Of a DNA stretch of 64,000 bases, positions 38,657 to 48,556 are shown piece by piece. The position numbers and the translations under genes were made by a program. Positions within the stretch are counted from its first letter, which is position 1. Each line of letters begins with the position of its first letter. Under the pieces are notes generated by a model. That model searched no databases. It was given only the letters and a program-made list of their open reading frames with translations, and was not told the DNA's origin. Source of the DNA: an uncultured Anaerolineaceae bacterium (GTDB taxonomy: Bacteria; Chloroflexota; Anaerolineae; Anaerolineales; UBA4823); assembly GCA_964606085.1 (NCBI GenBank), contig CAZSFD010000007.1, positions 27,234 through 91,233 on the forward strand, written 5' to 3'.

Positions 38657-40711
38657 ATGAAAAATGCCTATTCAGTCACCAACCCAGACCTCACACTCAG
38701 CCCCTACACTGGCATGACCAAAGCGCATTACATCGAGTGCGCCCGGCACCTGCTGGAGCGTGCCTTCCAACACGTCCAATCCATCCATACCCCCTTTGCC
38801 TTCCCTGTTGTGCCAGGCAAAGCCTACCCCCAGCCCGACGACCCACCCTGGCGTTGGCGTTCGTTCGAGTTTGAAGCCCTTGAGCGCACCTTGACTTTGG
38901 CCGGGCCGCTGATGCACCTGAACCCCGAAACGGAGATGCGCGGGATCAAGCTGCGCGAATACTATTGCCAACAGATCTACACCGCCCTGACTCCCGGTCA
39001 TCCCAACTCACTGCCCATCCCCGGGGATCTGCCCGACGCGACCTATCAATTTACCTGCGAATTTGGCGGCCTGTTCAAGACTCTGCTGCTGCTGCCGGAT
39101 ATCATCTGGCCCTACTATACCCAGGAGCAGCAAGACGCCATCGCCGTGACCGTCTCCAAGTGGGCGCATCACCGCACCACCCAAAACAACTGGCGCATCT
39201 TCAATATCATGGCGCTCTCATTCCTCAAGAAAAACGGCTATGCCATTGACGACGAACTGCTCAAAAACCACCTGCTGTGGGTGGTTTCGTATCACTCCGG
39301 CAGCGGCTGGTATCTGGAGCAAACCTACAATTACTACACCATCAGCCTGTTTGTGGTCTATGGCACAATCTGGGCGCGCACATTCGGCGACCAATACTAC
39401 CCTGAGATCGCCGCAGCGATTGAGGCCTCGGCCCACCAATTGATGAAGACCTACGCCAATTTCTTCGGGCGCGATGGGTATATCAACATGTGGGCACGTA
39501 GCATCTGCTACCGCACCTGGATCTCAGGCGGATTCCCGATCTCCTTCATGCTCAAGGGCGAGACCCCGCTGGACCCCGGCCTGGCGCGGCGACTGTGCTC
39601 TGGTTCGATCCTTCAGTTTGTGACCCGCGAAGATTTCTATGAAAACGGCATCCCCAGCCTGGGATTCTACGGTCACCGCGAGTTCATCATCCAGAACTAT
39701 AGTTGCCCGGCCAGCCCGTTCCTGATGTTCCTGCCCTTCCTGTGCCTGGCCCTCCCTGACGATTCGCCATTCTGGACGGCGGTGGAAAACGAAGGCTTTT
39801 GGGAGACCCTGGACGGGCGCGCCCATGTCAATATCCTGGAAGAACCGGGGCTGGCCCTGGTCAACTATGGATCGAGCGGTACATCCGAGATCATCCCCGG
39901 TAAGGTCTATTACGAAGACCACAACTACTCCAAGCTGGCCTTCAACACCCATTTCCCGTGGGAAGACCACAACCCGCAGGGCGGCACATCAATGGAGTAC
40001 AGCTTCCGCAGCCTCGACCCGCGCGACCTGCGCGGCGACGACATCAATTTCTACCTGACCGGCCTGGCGCTCAAGAACGACTCGCAGAAAAACGCCAGCT
40101 ACACCACTTCGCAATCTATGCTCTACAACGGCACGCGCGGCGGCGTGATCTACCGCCAGGCGATCATGCGCAAGCCCCCCAACAACGGTGTGGGCTATAT
40201 CATTGACCTGGCTGACATCATCCTGCCCAACGGCATCCTCCGCGTTGACCGCTCGCGCATGGCCTTTGAACATGAGCTGACCCTGGGCCATTACGGCCTG
40301 CCGCACGAGAACGGCGTGGCAGCCGCGGTGCGCCGCTTCGACGGGCCAAACTGCATGGGCATCACTGCCGCCGTCCCAGGCCGCCAAACCGCCCTGATCG
40401 CCTACGGCGGCTGGGACAGGCTGGAGGCGCTGGTACACCGCGGTTACAATGTGGAGGCGGAGGAAAGCACGGTGATCTACGCCCATAAACGGCGCATGGA
40501 TAAAAACCCGCCGATGGAGTTGATGATCACCGCGCTGCTGCACAAAACCAACGACAGCCCGTGGAGCGAAGCAGAGCTTTCCCCCATTCAATCGGTGGAA
40601 ATCAGCGCGATCAATGCGTCGTTCTCGCCGCTCAGCGCACGCATCACCCTGCGCAGCGGTGAAACCTACGAGGTAGATTTTGCCGGCATAGACGGCAAGA
40701 AGGCCAGCTAA
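38657..40711 (+). CDS. Large cytoplasmic protein, DUF2264-like (carbohydrate-related?)
   Basis: 684 aa with no signal peptide. The N-terminal pattern recalls DUF2264 (memory only). It is followed by two Gfo/Idh/MocA genes. Confidence 0.6.
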   Translation: MKNAYSVTNPDLTLSPYTGMTKAHYIECARHLLERAFQHVQSIHTPFAFPVVPGKAYPQPDDPPWRWRSFEFEALERTLTLAGPLMHLNPETEMRGIKLREYYCQQIYTALTPGHPNSLPIPGDLPDATYQFTCEFGGLFKTLLLLPDIIWPYYTQEQQDAIAVTVSKWAHHRTTQNNWRIFNIMALSFLKKNGYAIDDELLKNHLLWVVSYHSGSGWYLEQTYNYYTISLFVVYGTIWARTFGDQYYPEIAAAIEASAHQLMKTYANFFGRDGYINMWARSICYRTWISGGFPISFMLKGETPLDPGLARRLCSGSILQFVTREDFYENGIPSLGFYGHREFIIQNYSCPASPFLMFLPFLCLALPDDSPFWTAVENEGFWETLDGRAHVNILEEPGLALVNYGSSGTSEIIPGKVYYEDHNYSKLAFNTHFPWEDHNPQGGTSMEYSFRSLDPRDLRGDDINFYLTGLALKNDSQKNASYTTSQSMLYNGTRGGVIYRQAIMRKPPNNGVGYIIDLADIILPNGILRVDRSRMAFEHELTLGHYGLPHENGVAAAVRRFDGPNCMGITAAVPGRQTALIAYGGWDRLEALVHRGYNVEAEESTVIYAHKRRMDKNPPMELMITALLHKTNDSPWSEAELSPIQSVEISAINASFSPLSARITLRSGETYEVDFAGIDGKKAS

Positions 40712-40740
40712 ATAGATTAGATGAGCGGGATGGAGGCAAA

Positions 40741-41895
40741 ATGAACGAACGACTGCGTGTGGGCTTGGTTGGCTGCGGGGCGATTAGCGGCGGGCATCTG
40801 GATGCCTACCGCCACCTGGCGGATCAGTTTGAGGTGCTGGCAATATGCGATGTGGTCGAGGAGAAGGCCAGACGGCGCGCCGATGAATTCGGCGTGCCGC
40901 GCGTGGTGACTGATGTACAGGCGCTTTACGCCATGCCCGATTTGGACATCATTGACATCACCACCCCACCCTACTTGCATACGCCCATGGCCATCGGCGC
41001 AATGGAAGCAGGCAAGCTGGCCTTCTCGGAGAAACCCGTGGCCGGATCGCTGGGTGATATTGACCGGCTGGCTGAGGCTGAGCAGCGCACCGGGCGGCGG
41101 GTGATGCCGATTTTCAACTACCGTTTTGGCGCAGGCTTGCAACGTCTCAAACACCTGATGGCGCTGGGGATCACCGGCAAGCTGTTCCTCAGCACGGTGG
41201 AAACGCACTGGCAGCGCCCGGCGGGCTATTTCTCGGTGCGCTGGCGTGCCAGTTGGCGCGCCGCCCTGGGCGGGGCTTTCATCGGCCATGCCATTCACGC
41301 CCACGACGCACTGTATGAGATCGCCGGGCCAGCCAGGAGCGTGTTCGCCCGCGGCAAAGCCCTGGTCAATCCCACCGAGATTGAAGACACCCTGGCGGTC
41401 TCCCTCGAGATGGCCAACGGCTCCCTGGCCGCGTTGAGCGTCACCTTCGGCTCGGCAGTCGAAATCTCACGCCACCGCTACTGCTTCGCCAACCTGGTGG
41501 CCGAAAGCAACCCGGCCGGCCCCTACGCCACCCACACCAGCGACCCGTGGACATTCAAGGGCGTTTCACCAGAGATAGATGAGCAAATCTCAAAGGCAAT
41601 GGCCGAGTTTACCCCCGAGCCGCCCGAGGGCTTTGTGGGCCAGTTCCAGCGCCTGCACACCGCCCTGGCCAGTGGCCGCGAGCTGCCCATCACCCTGGCC
41701 GACGGCCGCCGCGCGATTGACCTTGTCACCGGAGTGTACTATTCCATGCACACCGGCCTGGCGGTGGAACTGCCTATTCAACCCGGCCACCCCTACTACA
41801 ACGGCTGCATCCCGCCCGAATCGGCCGCGTTGGAGGAATTCACCGACTACGCCGGACACCGCGAAAAATCTGGCTGGAAGCCCAGCAATGTATAA
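40741..41895 (+). CDS. Gfo/Idh/MocA-family oxidoreductase
   Basis: LRVGLVGCGAISGGH Rossmann N-terminus and an EKP motif (SEKPVA). Confidence 0.85.
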   Translation: MNERLRVGLVGCGAISGGHLDAYRHLADQFEVLAICDVVEEKARRRADEFGVPRVVTDVQALYAMPDLDIIDITTPPYLHTPMAIGAMEAGKLAFSEKPVAGSLGDIDRLAEAEQRTGRRVMPIFNYRFGAGLQRLKHLMALGITGKLFLSTVETHWQRPAGYFSVRWRASWRAALGGAFIGHAIHAHDALYEIAGPARSVFARGKALVNPTEIEDTLAVSLEMANGSLAALSVTFGSAVEISRHRYCFANLVAESNPAGPYATHTSDPWTFKGVSPEIDEQISKAMAEFTPEPPEGFVGQFQRLHTALASGRELPITLADGRRAIDLVTGVYYSMHTGLAVELPIQPGHPYYNGCIPPESAALEEFTDYAGHREKSGWKPSNV

Positions 41896-41924
41896 GGGAT
41901 CTCCCGTTCTTAACGGGATGGAGA

Positions 41925-41979
41925 CCCAGATTTGGGGTATGAGTGGGTGCTTCGCATCCACTCATACCCCAAATCTGGG
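41925..41979. repeat. 22-bp perfect inverted repeat (hairpin, 11-nt loop) between convergent genes
   Basis: cccagatttggggtatgagtgg (41925-46) pairs with ccactcataccccaaatctggg (41958-79). Confidence 0.9.
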
Positions 41980-42013
41980 ACATTTCCCGCCAAAGGCGGA
42001 AGAGCCAAAATAA

Positions 42014-42058
42014 GTATGGGGGTTGAAAACCATCGAAGCGGGTTTTCAACCCCCATAC
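42014..42058. repeat. 17-bp perfect inverted repeat (hairpin, 11-nt loop)
   Basis: gtatgggggttgaaaac (42014-30) pairs with gttttcaacccccatac (42042-58). Confidence 0.9.
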
Positions 42059-42124
42059 GCTTTGACGCCCCGGCCTCGTTTCGGGGCCAAGCCGGGGGTG
42101 GGGTAAGTTATTCCGAATTGTTTT

Positions 42125-43171
42125 TTAGAGCGGTTTGAGATTGCCCAGGCGGGTGGCTTGCGCCTCGGCGCGCAGGGCCAACTCAGAGGCCAGGAAACAG
42201 TGCGCCTGCGGCATGGCCGTTTCAGTGCGGTTGAGAATATCTGTAACCAACTGTTTGCCGTACGGCAGCTCCACCTGGTTGCAGTCCTCGTAGTGCATCC
42301 CGTGGCGGTCAACCCAGAACAGGTGGTTGCCGCCCTGCCCGCCCGAAGCCACGTTGGTGTACTTGCGCAGCTCGATGTAGCCCTCGGTGCCCAGAATGAA
42401 CAGGCGGCCATCGCCCCAGGTGTCCAGCCCATCGGGCGTGAACCAGTCGACACGTACGTATCCGGTTGCTGTGGCGCTGCGCAGGGTCATATCGCCGAAA
42501 TCTTCCAGGCCGGGGTGCTGTGGGTGGGTGTAGTTGGCCACCTGCGAGGACACCACTTCGGCTGCGGTCGAGCCGGTGAAGTAGAGGAATTGATCGACCT
42601 GGTGCGAACCGATGTCGGCGAGGATGCCGCCATACTTTTCACGCTCGAAGAACCAGGGCGGACGGTTGTGCAGGCCGATGCGGTGCGGCCCCATGCCGAT
42701 GGTCTGGATGACCTGGCCGATAGCGCCGGATTGCACCAGTTGCCCGGCCCGCACGGTGGCGGGGTTTTCCAGGCGCTCGCTGTAGCAGATCGAGTAGATG
42801 CGCCCGGTTTCAGCCTGCACACGGCGAGCTTCTTCCAACTGTGCCAGGGTGGTAAAGCCAGGCTTATCGCTCATGTAGTCCTTGTGGTGGCGCATCACCG
42901 CTACGCCTAGCGGCCCACGGTCACAAGGGATACCGGCGGAAAGCACGATTTGGATGCTTTCGTCTTCGAGGATTTCAGCGGCGCTGGCGGCCCGATGCGC
43001 CTGCGGGTAATGCTGGCCAAAGCCAGCCGCCAACTCCGGCTCGGAGGCGTAAAACGAAACAAACGCTGCGCCAGCGCGCAGCATCAGGTTCGTCTGACCG
43101 TAGATGTGGGCGTGGTTGACGCCAATCACGGCGAAGCGGATCGTGGGTTGAGCGTTCATCTGTATCTCCAT
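42125..43171 (-). CDS. Gfo/Idh/MocA-family oxidoreductase
   Basis: IRFAVIGVNHAHIY N-terminus and an SDKP motif. An alternative start exists at MNAQ (43159). Confidence 0.85.
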   Translation of the reverse strand: MEIQMNAQPTIRFAVIGVNHAHIYGQTNLMLRAGAAFVSFYASEPELAAGFGQHYPQAHRAASAAEILEDESIQIVLSAGIPCDRGPLGVAVMRHHKDYMSDKPGFTTLAQLEEARRVQAETGRIYSICYSERLENPATVRAGQLVQSGAIGQVIQTIGMGPHRIGLHNRPPWFFEREKYGGILADIGSHQVDQFLYFTGSTAAEVVSSQVANYTHPQHPGLEDFGDMTLRSATATGYVRVDWFTPDGLDTWGDGRLFILGTEGYIELRKYTNVASGGQGGNHLFWVDRHGMHYEDCNQVELPYGKQLVTDILNRTETAMPQAHCFLASELALRAEAQATRLGNLKPL

Positions 43172-43359
43172 ATTCTTAAGGTATTTTTATCGGCACGCCG
43201 AAAACGATGGGGCGCTACCATGTAGTTATAACAGGCAATCGGCCGTTTCGACAAATAACTTGTGTCCTTCGCGCACTCAAAGCAAGCCGCAGGATCGACG
43301 AATTCATGCAGGCCACAACTGCCTCACCGGCGAACAATAACCCGTCCCGCTGACAACAC

Positions 43360-43391
43360 AAAGCCGGGTCAGAGATTTCTGGCCCGGCTTT
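43360..43391 (-). terminator. Hairpin downstream of ygiQ
   Basis: aaagccggg / cccggcttt stem, 29 nt after the ygiQ stop. T tract is weak. Confidence 0.4.
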
Positions 43392-43419
43392 GCAGTTGAC
43401 GCCGGCGCTGGCGGGGCGT

Positions 43420-45108
43420 TTATCTCGCCTGTGTCACAATTTCTTTCTGCCGCGCCTTCTTCGCCAAATTCTTCTCCACAAACAAGGGCTGCAACGTGAA
43501 GGGGTCTAACTCGGTGTAATACATCAGGGTCGAGTATGTGGATGGCGTGGGGGTGAACACCTGCACCTGTTCGGGGTGGATGTGCAGCTTTTGGGCGGCG
43601 AAGCGCTGCACCTGCTGCATTTCGGCTTCGCTGCAACCGGGGTGCGCGGCGATCAGATAATAGGTGAGGAACTGCGGTTTGCCAGCTTCGCGGGTGAGCT
43701 TTTCAAAGCGGCGCTTGAACTCAAGCAGCGAGGCCGTGCCAGGCTTGCCCATCAGCCCCAGTACGCCGTCATCCACGTGTTCGGGGGCCACCTTCATCTG
43801 ACCGGAGATGTGGTGGGCTACCAGTTCCTTGAGATAGGCTTCGCCGCCGGCTTCATCTTCGAGCAGCAGGTCGTAGCGGATGCCGCTGGCGACGAAGGCT
43901 TTGCGTACGCCGGGGATACGCCGGATTTTGCGCAGCAGCGCCGTCTGCGGCTGGTGATCGGGCTTGACCAGCGGACACACGCCAGGGAAGGTGCAGCGTT
44001 TTTGCTCGCACACGCCGCGCCGTAGTTTCTTGTCGCATTCGTAGCCATACATATTGGCCGTCGGGCCGCCCACATCCTGAATGATGCCCTTAAATCCTGG
44101 CGTGTGCGTGAAAGCCTCGGCCTCGGCCAGGATGGCCTCCTCGCTGCGCCAGCGGATGGTGCGCCCCTCGTGGACGGCAATGGCGCAGAAATTACATTCG
44201 CCATAACAGCCGCGATGGGTGGGGATAGAAAATTGGATCGTCTCGAGGGCGCGTACCTTGCCCTGGGCCTCGTAAAAGGGGTGCTGGGCGCGTTCGTAAC
44301 CGAGAGCGTAAACGGCATCTAGCTCGGCCTGCGTTTCCCAGGCGGCGGGCGGGTTTTGCACCAGGCAGCGGTCGCCATGCGGCTGGCACAGCCCCTTGGC
44401 TGTCAGCGGATCGGTGTTGTGGTAGAAGGTGTGGAACATCTCGATGAAGGCGTGCTTGTCGGCACGCACGGCCTCCAGCGAGGGGAGTTGCACATAGCCT
44501 GCGGGGGCTTCTTTGGCGATGTAGCACAGGCCGCGCACAGCCTGCGCTGGCGTATTGTGACGCAACGCCGCGGCCAGTTCCAGCACCGTCTTTTCCCCCA
44601 TGCCATACACCAGGTAGTCGGCTTTGGCATCGAACAGGATCGAACCGCGCAGCTTGTCATCCCAATAATCGTAATGGGCTACGCGGCGCAGGCTGGCTTC
44701 GATGCCGCCCAGCACGATGGGGGCGGTGTTCTTGAAGTGGCGGCGGATCAGGTTGGCGTAAGCGATCCCCGCCCGGTCGGGACGCCGGTTGTTCACACCG
44801 CCGGGGGTGTAGTCATCTTGCTTGCGTTTTTTGCGCGTGGCGGTGTAGTTGGCCACCATGCTATCCACGCTGCCGCCGGTAACGCCCCAAAACAGGCGCG
44901 GCTCGCCCAGGCGGGTAATATCCGTGGGCGTGGAAATATCCGGCTGAGCGATGATGCCGACGCGATAGCCGGCCGCGTGCAGCACCTTGCCGATCACCGC
45001 CGCGCCGATGTAGGGGCTATCTATGTAGCTGTCGCCGGTGACGAGGATGACATCGAGGGCATCCCAGCCGAGGGTTTTTAATTCGTGAAGGGTTGTCGGG
45101 AGAAACAC
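43420..45108 (-). CDS. ygiQ: YgiQ-family (UPF0313) radical SAM protein
   Basis: N-terminal LDVILVTGDSYIDSPYIG.AVIG..L...GYRVGIIAQPD and a CxxxCxxC cluster (CYGECNFC). Confidence 0.9.
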   Translation of the reverse strand: MFLPTTLHELKTLGWDALDVILVTGDSYIDSPYIGAAVIGKVLHAAGYRVGIIAQPDISTPTDITRLGEPRLFWGVTGGSVDSMVANYTATRKKRKQDDYTPGGVNNRRPDRAGIAYANLIRRHFKNTAPIVLGGIEASLRRVAHYDYWDDKLRGSILFDAKADYLVYGMGEKTVLELAAALRHNTPAQAVRGLCYIAKEAPAGYVQLPSLEAVRADKHAFIEMFHTFYHNTDPLTAKGLCQPHGDRCLVQNPPAAWETQAELDAVYALGYERAQHPFYEAQGKVRALETIQFSIPTHRGCYGECNFCAIAVHEGRTIRWRSEEAILAEAEAFTHTPGFKGIIQDVGGPTANMYGYECDKKLRRGVCEQKRCTFPGVCPLVKPDHQPQTALLRKIRRIPGVRKAFVASGIRYDLLLEDEAGGEAYLKELVAHHISGQMKVAPEHVDDGVLGLMGKPGTASLLEFKRRFEKLTREAGKPQFLTYYLIAAHPGCSEAEMQQVQRFAAQKLHIHPEQVQVFTPTPSTYSTLMYYTELDPFTLQPLFVEKNLAKKARQKEIVTQAR

Positions 45109-45115
45109 AAGATAC

Positions 45116-45976
45116 CTATACCGGACGAGTTCGCTGCGCCCGTTCTTCGGCCACCACCTGCCAGCAACCCATGGCGAGGATCACATAGGCCAGGCTGTAT
45201 GGCACGTCTACCCGAATGGCGCTGGCAACATCACTGCCCTGGATTTGGAAAAATTCGAGCAGCCAGTACCACAGGTCGGTATAGGCAAATAAAGTCAGCG
45301 CGCCGCCGATGTAAAACCAGGGCCGCTGCCAGGGCTTGCTGCCAGAGGACATCAGGCACAGCAGGCCACCGGTGGCGATCAAAATATCCAGGGCCGGATA
45401 GAGCGCCGCAACAACCAGGCTGCCCGGCACCTGGATCAGTTCTGGGTTGCGGAACGGGTGGACAAAACGGATGAACAAGAGCAAGGGGATCAGTCCGCCG
45501 CCGATCACGGCGATCACTTCTTTCAGGGGGGTCAACTCAAAGCGGTTAGCCTGTAGAAATGCCACAATAGATAAGCCCAACGGAATATACCCCCCCAACC
45601 AGGTGGCATCGGCCAGCACCTCCAGTAGGGTACTTTCTAGCAAGATGCTCAGCGCATAGAGCCATTCGGCGCCCGCCCACATGCCCACGCCCACCATCAT
45701 CAGCAGCCAGGCGCGGCGGTGGCCGAAATAACCAGCCCGCCAGGCCCGCCAGGCCAACCCAAAGGCCAGGCTGCCAACCCCAATGGGCATCACACCCACC
45801 ACGAAGCTGATGGCCGCCTCGCCGCTCCGCCCGGCCAGGATAAGCAAAAGCACATACGCGCTGACAAACAGCGCGCTCACACGCAAGACCAGAGACCAAA
45901 TGGGCAGGGGTTTCTGCTGGCGAAACAGTTTCATGCTTTGATTGTAAGCCTGCGCTATCGGCTGAGTCAAGCGCAA
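45116..45976 (-). CDS. Polytopic membrane protein, unknown function
   Basis: About 8 hydrophobic helices, same strand as and tightly packed between the GH gene and ygiQ. Start uncertain (45976 or 45934). Confidence 0.6.
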   Translation of the reverse strand: MRLTQPIAQAYNQSMKLFRQQKPLPIWSLVLRVSALFVSAYVLLLILAGRSGEAAISFVVGVMPIGVGSLAFGLAWRAWRAGYFGHRRAWLLMMVGVGMWAGAEWLYALSILLESTLLEVLADATWLGGYIPLGLSIVAFLQANRFELTPLKEVIAVIGGGLIPLLLFIRFVHPFRNPELIQVPGSLVVAALYPALDILIATGGLLCLMSSGSKPWQRPWFYIGGALTLFAYTDLWYWLLEFFQIQGSDVASAIRVDVPYSLAYVILAMGCWQVVAEERAQRTRPV

Positions 45977-45980
45977 CGGT

Positions 45981-48449
45981 TTAGGGGGCTGGCCAGATGC
46001 GCAGCGCCAGGTCGAACTCGAAGGTTGGCACGTCCAGCGTCAGGCTGCCGTCGGCCACGCGCACGGCCAGCGGCGGCTGCCACGCGCCGGTTTGCGGGTC
46101 GTACCATTCCACGGTGTAGTCGCCATCGGGCAGGGCGGTGGTGGTCAGGGTCAGGCCGGCCAGCGGGTCGAGGTGATATTGCCACGTCGCCGGGTCCACT
46201 TTCTCGTAGCGGATTTTGTTGTCGCGCTCGGTGGCGGCCATCATGGCTTCGTATTTGCTCTGGCGCACCCAGGCCAGAATGCTGCTGTCGGTGTGCAGGG
46301 CGAGCAACTTGACATTGACTTTGTCGTTCAGGCTGATCTGGCCGGGGCCAAGCGGTGCGTAGGCTGCCAGGTCAACCCCTGCGATGAACGTGTGCAGGCT
46401 GCCAAAGCGGTACCACAAATCGAGCGGTTCGATGTACAACTCCCACCACCAATACATGGCCGGGCTGGCAAACTGGTTGAAGGTGGCCGACCACAGCCCA
46501 TTGTGCAGGTGAATGCCGGTCTGATCGAACGAATCTTTGTCTTCCACCCCGGCGTTGTAGCCAAACTCGCCAAAGACCACCGGCTTGAGCGGCTGGATCG
46601 CCGTCTGGTAGAACTTGTAGGTCGAAGCGTAGTCGCCGATAGGATCGAGCGAGGTATAGGCGTGGTGCTGCAAAAAGTCTATTTCGGGCAGGTTGAAGAC
46701 CTGCGGGTGCATGCCGCCGGCGCTGCTGGTGCTGACCAGGTGGTCGTAGGGGTCGAACTGCTGCAAATAGCGCGTCATCTCCTGCGTCCAGGCGGCCATA
46801 TCGCCATCCTGGATCGGCGTCCAGTTGTATTCATTCCACCACTCCCAGGCCAGCAGGTTCGGCGCGTAGCCCCAGCGGGCGGCGATGTAACGCACCCGGC
46901 GCTGGAACATTTCTTTCGCCGCGGGGTCGGTAGCAAAACAGACCGGCGTTTTGCACATGCCGCCGTTGGTTGCGTTGTAGGGGTTCCATTCCCATTCGGG
47001 GTTGGTGGTATCGCTGAAGGCCCCGTGGTTGAGGATCACCAGGTCAATGTACACGCCGCGCTCGGCGGCGATCTCGAACAGTTGATCGAGCAGCCAGGCG
47101 CGCTGTTGGCGGTTATCGTAATTGCCCAGGCCGGTGTCATTCCACTCGATACCGAACGACCACGAGGCCATCCACACCCGGATCAGGTTACCGCCGTTGG
47201 GGGCGAAGGCATCGAGCCAGCGGGTGTAATCGGGGCGGGCGGCGGTTTGCCACCAGCCGATGTTGAGGCCAATGGGGAAGAAGGTCTGGCCGTCAGCGGT
47301 GGCGAGGTAGCGCGGGTCGGTGGGGTGCAGGTCGATCAGCGGCAGGGGCGGCGCGGCGGGTTCGGCCACCGCGAAGGTGATGGGTTCGCTGATGATGTTC
47401 TGGTTGACGATCTCGGCCTGCGCCGTCCACGCGCCGCTTTGCATCGGGTTCAGGCGCGCCCGCCAGCCGGCCTGGCCGCAGGGTTTCTCGCTGGCCGGGT
47501 CGAAGGGCTGCATCCAGAAGGCAGGGATGGAAAATTTTGCGCCATCGGGGGCAGTGTAATGTACCATCAGGTCAATTTCATTGGGATCGTAGGGATTGGC
47601 GGGCCGGGCGCTGGTTTGCAGCACAAACTCCACCAGGCTGCCCCGCGTTGCCGCGGCCTCGGCGGGCAAGGCAATAGACAGCGGCGCGTCACTGGCGGGC
47701 AGCGCCGCCACACCGGGGCAGGGGCCGGGCGTGGGCGTCGGCTGGCTGGCGGCCTGAACCGTGGGCGGCAGGCTGACCAACGACCCGCCCGGCAGCAGGC
47801 GCACGTTGTCGAGGTACACTGTGCCAGCCTGGTGGAGCGTCAGCAGGATGGCGATGCGCTTCACATCGCCGGCATCGGCCAGGGCTGCGCTGGGCTGCCA
47901 ATCGGTATCGGCCACGGCGAAGGTGTTGGCGGTAATGTCGAAGGTGATTTGCGTCGCGTCGGTAGGCGGCGTGACCGAGGGGGTGACATGCCAATACCAT
48001 TTGCTGCCGGTGGAGAGCGAGAGCGCCACGGCGCTGACGGCGCGGTCGGGGTCAACCAGGTCGAAGGCCAGGTATTGATCCTGGCTCAGGTCGAACTGGC
48101 CTTCGAGAATGAAGGTGGCGTTGGCGGTGGAAGTCTTGTCGAAGGTGAGCGCCAGCGCTTGTTTGCCCTGCAGGGCGAATTGTTCGCTGAGGGCCACGCT
48201 GACGGCGCTGCTATCAGGATAATTGGGCGGCAGGCCGGGCTGCCATTGGGTGGTGGCCGCCTCGAAATCGTCTAACGTTTTGGCAGCCGGGGCGCTGGTG
48301 GCGGTGGCTGGGGGCGGGGTGACGCTCGGCGCGGGGGAGGCGGTGTTTTCGGCGGGTGCACCGGGCAGGGGGGCGGCGGTGGGTGTGGCGGCGTTGTTAC
48401 AGGCGGCGAGCAGGAGCAGCAGGGAGGCGAGGAGAATGATCTTTTTCAT
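45981..48449 (-). CDS. Lipoprotein glycoside hydrolase, clan GH-A (GH5-like) with N-terminal accessory domains
   Basis: Lipobox LAAC. GGNLIRVW, WWNEYNW (acid/base NE) and FGEFGY (nucleophile) are present. The segment before the barrel recalls DUF5060 (memory only). Confidence 0.7.
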   Translation of the reverse strand: MKKIILLASLLLLLAACNNAATPTAAPLPGAPAENTASPAPSVTPPPATATSAPAAKTLDDFEAATTQWQPGLPPNYPDSSAVSVALSEQFALQGKQALALTFDKTSTANATFILEGQFDLSQDQYLAFDLVDPDRAVSAVALSLSTGSKWYWHVTPSVTPPTDATQITFDITANTFAVADTDWQPSAALADAGDVKRIAILLTLHQAGTVYLDNVRLLPGGSLVSLPPTVQAASQPTPTPGPCPGVAALPASDAPLSIALPAEAAATRGSLVEFVLQTSARPANPYDPNEIDLMVHYTAPDGAKFSIPAFWMQPFDPASEKPCGQAGWRARLNPMQSGAWTAQAEIVNQNIISEPITFAVAEPAAPPLPLIDLHPTDPRYLATADGQTFFPIGLNIGWWQTAARPDYTRWLDAFAPNGGNLIRVWMASWSFGIEWNDTGLGNYDNRQQRAWLLDQLFEIAAERGVYIDLVILNHGAFSDTTNPEWEWNPYNATNGGMCKTPVCFATDPAAKEMFQRRVRYIAARWGYAPNLLAWEWWNEYNWTPIQDGDMAAWTQEMTRYLQQFDPYDHLVSTSSAGGMHPQVFNLPEIDFLQHHAYTSLDPIGDYASTYKFYQTAIQPLKPVVFGEFGYNAGVEDKDSFDQTGIHLHNGLWSATFNQFASPAMYWWWELYIEPLDLWYRFGSLHTFIAGVDLAAYAPLGPGQISLNDKVNVKLLALHTDSSILAWVRQSKYEAMMAATERDNKIRYEKVDPATWQYHLDPLAGLTLTTTALPDGDYTVEWYDPQTGAWQPPLAVRVADGSLTLDVPTFEFDLALRIWPAP

Positions 48450-48467
48450 GGGAAGCAGGGGGGAAAG

Positions 48468-48545
48468 GGTAGGTTGCAGGTTGGCAAGTTTGATGTATGA
48501 TCTTACCACCTTCAACTTTCAACTTGCAACCTTCCAACACTCGAA
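48468..48545. repeat. Heptamer-repeat arrays in the divergent GH / dehydrogenase spacer
   Basis: ggtaggt tgcaggt tggcaag (48468-88) and taccacc ttcaact ttcaact tgcaacc ttccaac (48504-38) are partly complementary. Confidence 0.8.
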
Positions 48546-48556
48546 AGGACAATCTC

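Noticed and set aside
46092-48275. 727-aa plus-strand ORF antisense to the glycoside hydrolase gene
   Set aside because: It is a shadow ORF in GC-rich DNA. The minus strand has a lipobox, an NE motif and a GEFG catalytic motif.
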